A stretch of 64,000 bases of DNA. It comes from Azolla caroliniana (taxonomy: Eukaryota > Plantae > Polypodiophyta). The position numbers were made by a program, and so were the translations under genes. Positions within the stretch are counted from its first letter, which is position 1, and the number at the start of each line of letters is the position of its first letter. Positions 13,151 through 24,667 of the stretch are shown here, one piece after another. The notes beneath the pieces were generated by a model. The model saw only the letters and a list, made by a program, of their open reading frames with translations, made no database searches and was not told the DNA's origin. The stretch is from assembly GCA_043228905.1 (NCBI GenBank), contig JBHGNT010000014.1, forward strand, positions 11,408,001 through 11,472,000, in the 5' to 3' direction.

Positions 13151-15100
13151 GGGAAGAGCCGGAGTCAGCCAAACAAGGGGGAGATGAAGCCAAGACCAAG
13201 ACATGGTCTGATGTGGTTAAGGGCCTGAAGATAGAAGAGGAATTGGAGACAACCAATTGAGGCAACAAAGGAAACAAATTGGAGACAACTGATTCGGTTC
13301 GAATGTTCGATTCGGAGACGCCGAATAAACTGAAGGCCAAGCGGAGGAAAGGGCAGTGGCAGACGTGCCAACACCGCGACAACAAGGGAGCTAAGAAAGG
13401 TTGCACGAGCATACAAGCCGGTCGAAGGTGTTGAGGTACGCAGAATCGAACGGATCGAGTAACGTGAGCAAGGCATGAAGCTAAGAGAAGCCTGAATGAA
13501 GATCCGGAAGAGCAGGCGGAACTTCAAGTTGAGATTGAGGGGGAGTGTTGAGATACAAGCTGAACATTGGGTGCGTAAACCAGTGTGTAGACTGGGTGCG
13601 TAAATCGGGTGCGCAACGAGAGGCCGTAGCAGTTCGTAAACCTGGAGGCCATTGGATAGATATTCTGCAGAGGAATATATTTTGGGAGTTAGTGTAGGGG
13701 CTCATTGATGAGTATTGAAGTACATGTCAATACTTCTGTCAGTCTGTATGGACCTGTATAAAAGTGCTCTCTAAGCACATCCTATGTACAGAGTTTTAGA
13801 GTATTTTTTTGGAATAGAATCTTCTGTGTTCTGCTCTCTCTGTCTCTCCCACGTACACTATGTTGATTAAGCTTTCCATGAAACCTCTCTTGTCTCTTGT
13901 CTTTTATCTTTTGTCAGTTGTTACCCGGTTGTGTTTGTTAAGCTTCCGCACGTATTCTTTTACAGTTTTCATCGTTTCTTCAAAGGGCGCCCACGTTGGA
14001 TTTTGTTATCATATCTCATGGGGTCTCCCTTGAAGCCTATCGATAGCGACCCGATTGAAGGATGTCACTTGCAACCTTTCTGTTATCCTACACCGCAACA
14101 TCTTTGCCTTGTAGTCTCGTAGATAACGTGACACGTCCTTTCCGTTGAATTGCCTGTTCTATTGCACAAGCCGCTCTACTGCCGTCGCGAACTCCGACAT
14201 CGTGTGTTATTCTTGCAGCATCCGCTCAAACTGTCGAGAAACGAATCGTCAATCCATAATATAAGGAATGCATTGAAATACACATTTGGGAAACACAGAA
14301 GACAATGTGCACCGATTTTATGTGGAAACCCTAAAGCGGGAGGAAAACCACGGAGAATGGAGCTTCATTATATATAATGGATATACAAGGGCAAGATTAG
14401 AGTACAACACTCTCTGATCTGAGTGTTATCAACTGCGTAGGGCTTTTACAGAACATGACTATGGCGCCACTCACACAGTCTCTCCCCCCCGTTCTCACTC
14501 GTCTTTGTCGTTCTCAACAACAGAGGATCACACTCTACCTATACATTTGCCCTAGGTGTATTTATACTAATACATCATATGGGCTATTTACAAGTGTAGC
14601 CCTTACTACACATCGCTACTATTGTTATAACTATAATAATAATAGTCAACGGTTAATTAGTCGAATCCGTATTTGTTATCTCTTTGTGTCATGGACATGA
14701 GAACAGTCATGTCATGATTCGAACTCTTGACCTATGTTATTTAATCGATATGTTTTAACTGATACATCCAATACATAATCATGTTACCTTACTAGATTAT
14801 TGTAGATGATCTATTCTACATGTAGGATTTTAGAAGCTTCCAAAAAGCTCCAAAAGCTAGAACATTCTAGAAGCTTGTGCATGAAAATGAGTCTTTGCAT
14901 GGGGCTACATTTAGAGCCCATAAACATGTATAAATACAGGGGGTCACCTTGGCCTTAGTCAAGGTGAACAACACCAGTTACGGAATCATAATTCAGTTCT
15001 TGTTCTCTTGACTACTTTCTCTCTCTCTTTCTTATTATCTTGGCTATGATCTCTCTCTCACTCTCTTAGTATTGAGCCTCTTCTACTTTTCCATGACAGT

Positions 15101-15111
15101 TTGTTCACCTT
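15101..15111 (+). promoter_or_regulatory. Self-priming PBS of element D
   Basis: TTGTTCACCTT, 2 nt after the LTR, is the exact reverse complement of AAGGTGAACAA at 14961-14971, which lies 32 nt after the start of the TATA box (14929). There is no TGG tRNA-type PBS. Confidence 0.88.
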
Positions 15112-15672
15112 CTATCTCCAAAGCCACATCATTCCAGATTCTACCGCGAACATAAATCAACTATTGGCAGCCATGCATAAACTTCAACTTGAAAATGAGA
15201 ATCTTCTGAGGGAATCTCTCCAGAAACTCCAAGCTAGGACTCCAATGGAATTGGAGAATGAAGAACCCAACTGCCCTCCTACATCAAGGAATCTCCAATC
15301 TGTAGATCTTGGCCCCTCGTCAATCCTCGCTCCAATTCCTCTTCACCCCAGTTCAACTTTAGAACGCAATGTTAGTTTACCCGACAAGTTCGATGGCACA
15401 AGGGCGCAATTCCGGGGGTTCATAAATCAAATCAAGCTTATTATCCAGCTACAACCCCAAAGATATGCACATGATTTTTGCTGAGTTGGCCTCGTTGGGA
15501 CTCTCCTCTCAGGAGCTGCACAAAGCTAGTTCACACCTTTGGTTGAAACATCATCGCCACTTCTCAACAATTTTCCTGCTTTCCTAGAAGAGTTCGAGGG
15601 GACATTTGGGGATACGGATCGACGTCGAACAAGCCTTACCAAAATCTATTCATTACATCAAGGTAAGCGTCC

Positions 15673-18600
15673 TGTTACCCCGTACGAGATGTACGGAGAG
15701 TCAAGTGTGATGAGCGAGGGTCGAATGTTATCATGATGTTGTTGTGTATGTGTAGGGGGCATAAATGTAGTTGTGAGTCTATATGTATGTGAACACATGC
15801 ACACGTGTGTGCATGTGGATGGATACGAGGAGGTGTGAGTGAGTGTCCAGTATGAATGCTCGAGGGGGCTTACACCCCTATGTATCTACCCCCTCTTGTA
15901 CTATTTAACCCCTTATGGGGAATGAATGAAAGAGGAAGGACATTTCTCTCTCAACCTCTTCATAATCTCTATCACCATCACACTCTCCATAGTCATCACA
16001 CCCACCATGTCTATCTTTATCATCAATCATCATGATTATCATAAATGTTAACCCTAACCCTAAAATCCTATAACACCTTTTGGCGACCACTAAGGCGACC
16101 CCCCTTTGGAAACGGAGTCGAAGAATGATACGCGTCGATGCAAGCCATAGCGACTAAGTGCAAGAAATGGCGGAAACGTGCAAATGACGATGACGATGTT
16201 CGGTGAAAATATGTGCGAGAGAGTGAGAAGTTGAATCGACGATGTGCGAGAATTGGTGGAAATATGAGAAAGAACAATGGCGTGATGACTATTCGCTGCA
16301 GAAGTATGCAAGAAAAGCAACAAATGATGGCAATGATGTGCAGAAGAAGTCGGAAATGGAAGATTGACTGATGCACAATTCTACAACGAATTAATCTCTA
16401 TATGTGTATGTTTTGTTTGGTCTGTTTTTGTCCTAAATGTCTGAGACATGTTGCCAAAGATGTACAAAAACGATGACAATGCATGAGAGGAAGTCGTGAA
16501 ATGATGGCGTTACGTGAGTGTGCGAGAATGGAAATGACAATGTGCAAATATGTGGTTAGCAATGACGTGTGTGTGTAGAAAAGCGTGCTGCAAGAGACAA
16601 CCATGATGGCCAAGACAACCGACAACAGGATGGAGATGCCGGAAAGATGTTGCCGGACAGGCAATCAGAATAACCAAAATGGACGGACATGTCGGACAAG
16701 GCAACAGATGATGGCTAGAATAGCAACGGTGTTCGGAAGGTTGTAGAGGCAAACGAAAAGACACAACAGAACCGATTGCTGGAAATACACATGACAGATG
16801 AACATGCACTGGAAAACGCCGGACACAGACGACAACGGAGAATTAATATAAGCGTCTGGTTTTATCTTCATGTATTGATTACCGTTCTGTCTTAATTGTT
16901 ATATCTTACGCGTGTATTAGGTGAATGCCTTATTGCTAAGTAGCCAACTAAGTCGGATTAATCGTTGTGTCTTAAGTTATCTCACCGTAACACCCATTTG
17001 GTGAAGTGTCTTCCGGAGACACCCTGTGTTAGGCCATTGTCTAGCCCTAAGGATTAACAGATTTAGCAGAAGCAGTCGGATAAATGACGACCGGACAAAC
17101 AGAAATGTCCCGGAATGGTGGGAAACTAGCCGGAATACCTGGACATTGGCCCGAGTGGTCGTGGCAGCCAGATAGTGGCTGGAGGGTCGGACAAGGCCTG
17201 GGAAATAGTCAAGAAGATTGACAGCCAAATAGCGACCAAGAAGACCGACGATGGAACGACGCCAGCAGAGCTAGAGACGGCAACCCAAGATGACAACCGA
17301 TGGATGCCCGGAAAATCGAATGGCCGGCCCAACAGATGGCCAAACGGTAGGAGCGATGAACAACAACGACCGACACAGAAAGACAGAAATGAAAATGGGC
17401 AAAGAAAGACGGCTGAATAGAGGCTGGATAACGACCATACAGAGAACCTCTAATTGAGAAAGAGAAAAACGACCACCATCCGGACATGGCCGTTGATTAT
17501 GGCGGCTGCATGGACGACGGCTAAACAGATATGCAGAAGTAGACGGACAGAGAACCGACTCAGAGCGACAGAGAAGGTGAAGGAATAGTTGAGATGAGGA
17601 AAATGGAACAGAAGAAGCAGAAAGAGGAGGAAGAGGAAGTTAAAAGCTGAGGCAAACGGCTAAGAAGGAATGGCAAGAATGAGAGAGCATAAGAAGAAAC
17701 AGAACCAAGAGAGAAAGAGAAGAAAAGCAGACTGAAAACAGAAAAAAGAGGGCAAAATGAAGATAAGGGCATCTGAAGAATTTCGAAAAATGTGATGGCA
17801 TTGTCAAAATTTTAATAATCTAAGGGCATAGCACGCAAATTTCATAAATATAAGGGTACAAAATTTTAAAAAAATAAAATTGAAGGGCACCTACGAAATT
17901 TCGAAAACTCATCCACCTAAAGAAATGGATGTGATTAACCACACACAACTCAAAACAAAGGAAGAACATACATACACACGACATGATTTTGGACCCATGA
18001 CGAAGTTCGTAAGCCGACAGAACGAGAATGTTTGTGTCATGAAAGATTTGCTGACCGACAAAGATCTTCGAGTCAAGCACTCCGATTGAGGCAGTCGATC
18101 GTTGAAAGGACCGATGGAAGTTCCGGTCTAAGAAATATCATCATCAAGGCATGTGGGATCGACGTGCAAGGCACTTTCCCACGGGTGTGCCATATTGTGT
18201 TACCCCGTACGAGATGTACGGAGAGTCAAGTGTGATGAGCGAGGGTCGAATGTTATCATGATGTAGGGGGCATAAATGTAGTTGTGAGTCTATACGTATG
18301 TGAACACATGCACACATGTGTGCATGTGGATGGATACGAGGAGGTGTGAGTGAGTGTCCAGTATGAATGCTCGAGGGGGCTTACACCCCGATGTATCTAC
18401 CCCCTCTTGTACTATTTAACCCCTTATGGGGAATGAATGAAAGAGGAAGGAAATTTCTCTCTCAATCTCTCTCTTGTCATCTCTCTCTCCCTCTTTCTCT
18501 TCCCTCCCCTTAACGTTGAACCCCCTTGGGAGGGGGGTGGAGCCATTCTAGGCACCACCCCCCACCCTGCAATGCTTCTCAATGCTTCTCAACCTCTTCA

Positions 18601-18713
18601 TAATCTCTCTCACCATCATACTCTCCATAGTCATCACACCCACCATGTCTATCTTTATCATCAATCATCATGATTATCATAAATGTTAACCCTAACCCTA
18701 AAATCCTATAACA
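15673..18713 (+). mobile_element. Element F: non-autonomous LTR element nested in the gag of D (LTRs 15673-16075 and 18198-18713)
   Basis: Matching LTRs and TSD CGTCC. PBS-like TGGCGACCACT at 16081 (tRNA-Arg-like, as in Tat/Ogre-type elements). No recognisable gag or pol in the 2.1-kb interior. Confidence 0.9.
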
Positions 18714-20613
18714 CGTCCAGTGTCTGTTTATGCATCTGAATTTAGACAATTGGCATGTGATGTTCAGTGGGACGACCAAGCCCTTTGCGACCATTTTCGT
18801 TGGGGCCTTTCGAAGTGATGTTAAGAATGTACTACTAAACTTCCCGGATCTGACTTCATTATCGCAAGCCATCAAGCAAGGTGTCAGTTGTGACAACCTC
18901 CTTTTTGAACTTCGACAAGAGGAACGGGCGACTTCCAAGTTGTCGCCCTTTCTCCATGTTAAACCTATGGTACAACCCCAAGTGACCGCGAGATCTTCTC
19001 CAGCGACATCGTTCAATGATCCTATGCCGATGGAAATTGATCGAGCTCGAGCCCCACTCACCATAGTCGAACGACACCATTGACGAACCAATGGGCTATG
19101 GCTATACTGTGGCACCTCTACCCATCTATTTTGTTTTTGCCCACTCAAAAGCAATCTGCGACAAGTCTATTGGGACAATCCAACTAGTGGATCCCAACAT
19201 TCGGAAAATGATGATGTCCAACTACAGTAGGAGCCATGCGGTTGGATAACAGACATACATGTTGCTCCCAAAGTTCTATTAACGACTTTTCCTTCGAGTT
19301 AACTCTTTGTTTCCAGTCTATTTCAATTCAATCCTTAGCGCTACTCGATTCCCCAGCCAAGACGTGTTTTATGGACGAAACGTTCGTTCGTAAACACAAC
19401 TTTCCTGTTGTCCGGTTGTCCAAGCCTATCCCAATCGACGCTATCGATGGGCAAATGCTCTCCTTTGGCGCAGTCACCAAAGCCACAGTCCCCCTCATTT
19501 TGCAGCTCGGGACCCATTAGGAGGCCTTATCATTTTACCTCATCACTTCACCGTGGCATCCAATCATACTTGGGTTGTCTTGGTTGAAAGCGAGTAACCC
19601 TGTTATAGATTGGCACAACCACTCACTTACTTTTCAACCACAAACTCACATGGAGGTTGGAGCGGCTTCCAATGTCGTTGTGTCAGAATGCCCCGAATCG
19701 TTTTCTATGGGCAATGCACTCCGCCATTTAACTCGGATCAATGCACTCGGATGCTCGTGCCCCAGTCACAATGCACTCCATCTTAATGGGCAATGACACA
19801 GAATCGAGTACCCTAGCTTTGGTTCCTATGAAAGCCAATCTGAACTCGCTTCCATCAAAATATGGTGACTTTGTTGATGTGTTCGAGAAGAAGAATGTAG
19901 ATCACTTACTGGAGCATCGACCATATGATTGTCCGATGGATCTACAAGAGGGCACATCTCCACCCTTTGGGCCCATCTATGGTCTCTCTAAACTAGAATT
20001 AGGGGCTCTTCACACATATCTCGATGAAAATTTGGAGAAGGGCTTCATCCAACTGTCTAAGTCACCAGTTGGGGCCCCCATCTTGTTTGTGAAGAAAAAG
20101 GATGGATCGTTGCGTCTATGTGTGGATTATTGTGGCCTCAATAAAATCACGGTACGTTATCAATACCCTTTACCTCTCATCCCAGAGCTCCTCGATCGCC
20201 TTCGTTGTGCATAGGTCTTCTCCAAGATTGACTTGCGGGGGGAGCATACAACTTGGTTCAGATTAAACCTGGTGATGAATGGAAGACAACATTTCGTACA
20301 CGATACAGAAACTTCGAGTACAAGGTAATACCTTTTGGACACACCAATGCTCCAACTGTTTTTCAATATATGATGAACGACATATTTCGAGAATATCTCG
20401 ATCACTTTGTCGTTATCTACCTTGATGACATTCTTGTCTTTTCGTCGAGCATTGAAGAGCATACTCACCACATTCTATTGATTCTCTCGAAACTCAAGGA
20501 TTTTGCCCCTTGTGCAAAGACTATTTCAGCAAAAGCAACAACCGATCTATTTTTAAAGAATGTGGCGCGGCTTCATGGGGTTCTGGATGATGTCACCTCA
20601 GATTGCGACCCCA

Positions 20614-21069
20614 ATTTGTCTCTCGTTTTTGGTGGTGGCTCATTCAAACATTGGGCACAACAGTGAATTTGACTTCGTCCTATCATCTTTAAACCGATGG
20701 CCAAACGGAGCAGGTGAACCAAATTCTTGAGCAATACCTTCGATGCTCGCTTAGCTACTAGCAAAATGATTGGGTTGACCTCCTACCCTTGGCCGAGTTC
20801 ACATATAATAATATGCTACATGGTTCAATTGGGGTTACCCCATTTGTCTCTCGTTTTTGGTGGTGGCTCATTCAAACATTGGGCACAACAGTGAATTTGA
20901 CTTCGTCCTATCATCCTCAAACTGATGGCCAAACGGAGCAGGTGAACCAAATTCTTGAGCAATACCTTCGATGCTCGCTTAGCTACCAGCAAGATGATTG
21001 GGTTGACCTCCTACCCTTGGCCGAGTTCACATATAATAATATGCTACATGGTTCAATTGGGGTCACCCC
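20614..21069 (+). repeat. 228-bp tandem duplication within the integrase of D
   Basis: ATTTGTCTCTCGTTTTTGGTGGTGGCTC begins at both 20614 and 20842. Confidence 0.9.
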
Positions 21070-22775
21070 ATTTTTCGCCAACTATGGTTTCCATCCTCGC
21101 TTCAGTATTTCCATCCATGGCAACTCTGTCAACCCGTTAGCAAAAGGACGTGCTCGTATTTTAGCCGACATTCATCAAGAACTCTCCCTCGAACTCATCC
21201 TTGCAAGGGACCGGTATAAAGCGCAAGCTGATCGACATCATTACGTTACACCCGCCTTTGCAGTTGGTGATCAAGTTTGGTTCTTACGTCGCCATGTCGA
21301 TACTACTTGACCTTGCGGAAAGTTGGGTTACAAGAAGTTTGGGGCCTTTCCACATCATTGAGTGTGTCAATCCCATCACTTTCCGGCTGGAACTTCTTTC
21401 GCATTTCCGGATTCATAATGTCTTCCATGCCTCTCTTCTCGAACCTTATCATCCATCCACTATTTGGAAGAGACACTCCACCTCCACCTCCAATTGAGCT
21501 TTCCACAGGTGAGGAGTATGAGGTGGACAAGATTTTGGACTCTCGTTGGCATCGGCGACAACTTCAATACTTAGTCCTATGGAAAGGGTATCCCATTTCA
21601 CAAGCAACTTGGGAACTAGCCCAACACTTGGAGAATGCACCGGATGTTGTTCATGCATTTCATCACCAATATCCACAAAAACTGGGGAGGCATCTTTGGA
21701 GGTGGCCTTAGCAGGGGGATAATGTCATGGACATGACAACAGTCATGTCATGATTCAAACTCTTGACCTATTGTATTTAATCGATATGTTTTAACCAATA
21801 CATCCAATACATAATCATGTTACCTTACTAGATTATTGTAGATTATCTATTCTACATGTAGGATTTTAGAAGCTTCCAGAAAGCTCCAGAAGCTAGAACA
21901 TTCTAGAAGCTTGTGCATGAAAATGAGTCTTTGCATGGGGCTACATTTAGAGCCCATAAACATGTATAAATACAGGGGTTCACCTTGGCCTTAGTTAAGG
22001 TGAACAACACTAGTTACGGAATCATAATTCAGTTCTTGTTCTCTTGACTACTTTCTCCCTCTCTTTCTTATTATCTTGTCTATGATCTCTCTCTCACTCT
22101 CTTAGTATTGAGCCTCTTCTACTTGTCCGTGACACTTTGACTTTTGGCTCTCCTCGGCCCGAACAGTCGACTCTTCCTTGTCTTCTACTATCACCTACTT
22201 CCATATAGTCGGCTCCTCCCATGGGAGGGATATATTCCCAACAAACTCCCCCTTCACTCCTATGGGAGGGATATACTCATGTATCGGCTTACTATTCCCA
22301 CAACAAAGGCTATGTCTGGTCTCATGCAGACCATAGGATACATTAGAATGCCGACGGCCGAGGCATATGGCACTTTCCTCATCTCAACCCTTTCTTTCTC
22401 CCTTCTCGGGCATTGCCTTGCATTTAACTTGCAGTTAGTCAGTAACGCAGAGACGATCGGCTTTGCGTCTGTCATGTTGAATCTTTCTAGGATCTTTGTC
22501 ACGTATTTCTCTTGTGACAACCACAACACTTTCTTAGTTTTGTCCCGAACTATGTGCATCCCTAAGATCTGTTTAGCCGGACCAAGATCCTTCATGGCAA
22601 ACGACTTGCCTAGATCTTTTGTCAAGCTTCTGATCTTCCTTGTATCTTGACCGACTATCAACATGTCATCAACATTTAATAAGAGAATTAAGAAGTCACC
22701 TTCATCGTACCTTTTGATGAACACACAGTGACCAGCCTGTGTTTTCTGGAACCCATGTTCCACCATGAAGGATTC

Positions 22776-24504
22776 TGTCATGATATGGCAAGACTCGAAC
22801 CCATGACCTTAGGTTATATGGGTCGAGCTCTTGACCATTAGATCATCTATTGTAATACGTAGGATATTATTTTCATTTACATTTTATTATAGGAAATTAG
22901 TGTATATTCCAGATTTCTCTGGAACATTCTAGAAGCTTTAGGATTACTCCTGAAAACACTATAAAAGAGGGCACTAGGCATTATATTGAACCAAATTGGT
23001 TCAAACTATCAGGAATAGTACTGAGACAGAGAAGGAATTAGTACTAAACGAAGGATTAGTACTATGTTTATTAGAACCATTACCAATTCCGATCAAGTCG
23101 TGGCAATCCATTGCTCTAGACTTCATCACAGATCTTCTAGTCTCTAAGGGGTTCAATGTGATTCTAACGGTGGTCGATCGATATACGAAGATGGCTCATT
23201 TCTTGTCATGTACTAAGGAGATCTCCAGTGAAGACACTGCCGAAATTGTCATGTGTGAAGTATGTCGGCATCATGGACTTCCCGATAGTATCATCAGTGA
23301 CCGTGGACCCCAATTCGTGTCAAAATTCTAGAAGCACCTTTTTAACATGCTCAAGGTCACTTGTAACCTCTCCTCCGGCTACCACCCACAAACCGAAGGC
23401 CAAGCTGAATGAACAAATCAAATGTTGGAGCAGTATCTGCGGTGCTTTCTCAGCTATCATCAAGATGACTGGGCAGATATTCTCCACTTCGCCAAATTTG
23501 CCTATAATAACTCTATCCACGCATCCACTAAAGTTACGCCATTTTATGCTTATACGGGATGTCACCCCCGGTGGAGTGTACTTGAAACCCCAGAGGTGTC
23601 CCCAAATCTGTGCGCGGAGGATCGTTTGGAGCAGTTACGCAAGATACAAGCGGATTTATCTACTCATCTCCAACAAGCTCAACAAACACACAAGGTCTAC
23701 GCGGATCGCCATCGACTTCCATCCAGTTTTAATATTGGAGATCGGGTGTGGCTGCTACGACGACACATCAAGACTACTCGTCCATGTGAGAAGTTAGATT
23801 ATCGGCGATTAGATCCTTTCCGTATTATTGGACAGATTAATGATGTCGCTTTTCGTCTCGATCTACCTCCTCAACTTCGGATACATCCGGTGTTTCATAG
23901 TTCTCTCCTCGAATCCTACCACGAGAGCACCATCCCAGGACGTCTTATCCAACCTCCACCCCCGATCGAGCTTGAAGATGGGCCGGAGTACGAGGTTGCT
24001 GCCATCCTTGATTCCAAGATTGTTCGCAACAAGCTCTACTATCTAGTCGATTGGCTAGGCTATAGCCCCAACGAACGTACTTGGGAACCGATCGAGAATG
24101 TGACCAATGCTCGTGCTCTTCTTGAAGACTTCCATCGTCAATATCCACACAAACCAGGTCCTCAATCCAAGAAGACTCGTGACACTCGTCGTTTTAAAGG
24201 GGGGATAGTGTCATGATATGGCAAGACTCGAACCCATGACCTTAGGTTATATGGGTCGAGCTCTTGACCATTAGATCATCTATTGTAATATGTAGAATAT
24301 TATTTTCATTTACATTTTATTATAGGAAATTAGTGTATATTCCAGATTTCTTTGGAACATTCTAGAAGCTTCAGGATTACTCCTGAAAACACTATAAAAG
24401 AGGGCACTAGGCATTATATTGAACCAAATTGGTTCAACGCCAGTCTTAAGCCTTTTTAGCCACCATTGTATATTCTCTTCATATAATACATATCTTTCTT
24501 ATCA

Positions 24505-24562
<58 letters not shown>

Positions 24563-24667
24563 CGTCTCGCTCACTTCTTCCTTCTCTCGAAGAAGTTCCA
24601 CACCTCTCATAGTACTAATCCTTCGTTTAGTACTAATTCCTTCTCTGTCTCAGTACTGTTCCTGACA
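22776..24667 (+). mobile_element. Element E: rearranged chromovirus (U3, inverted U5, integrase-chromodomain, 3' LTR 24209-24667)
   Basis: TSD GATTC (22771-22775 and 24668-24672). 22776-23004 matches the start of the 3' LTR, and 23007-23066 is the reverse complement of 24608-24667. Confidence 0.93.
23067..24216 (+). pseudogene. Gypsy integrase core, GPY/F region and chromodomain of element E
   Basis: WQSIALDFITDL..VVDRYTK..ISDRGPQF and EYEVAAILDSKIVRNKLYYLVDWLGY. Internal stops present. Confidence 0.93.

Larger units (their letters stand above)
1664..13964 (+). mobile_element. Element A: Copia LTR retrotransposon (5' LTR 1664-2490, PBS 2491-2502, 3' LTR 13546-13964)
   Basis: Matching LTRs, iMet PBS TGGTATCAGAGC, PPT TTGAGGGGGAG, and TSD GTTTT at 1659-1663 and 13965-13969. 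Confidence 0.95.
14687..22134 (+). mobile_element. Element D: self-priming chromovirus (Tcn1/Tf1-sushi-like Gypsy), LTRs 14687-15098 and 21723-22134
   Basis: Matching LTRs, TSD CTTTG, gag (PDKFDGTRAQFRGF), PR (ALLDS), RT (YLDDIL), integrase and chromodomain (EYEVDKILDSR..YLVLWKGY). RNase H is deleted near 20500. Confidence 0.95.

Noticed and set aside
16049-16064. TAACCCTAACCCTAA as an interstitial telomere
   Set aside because: Only about two units, present in both LTRs of element F as an ordinary LTR motif.
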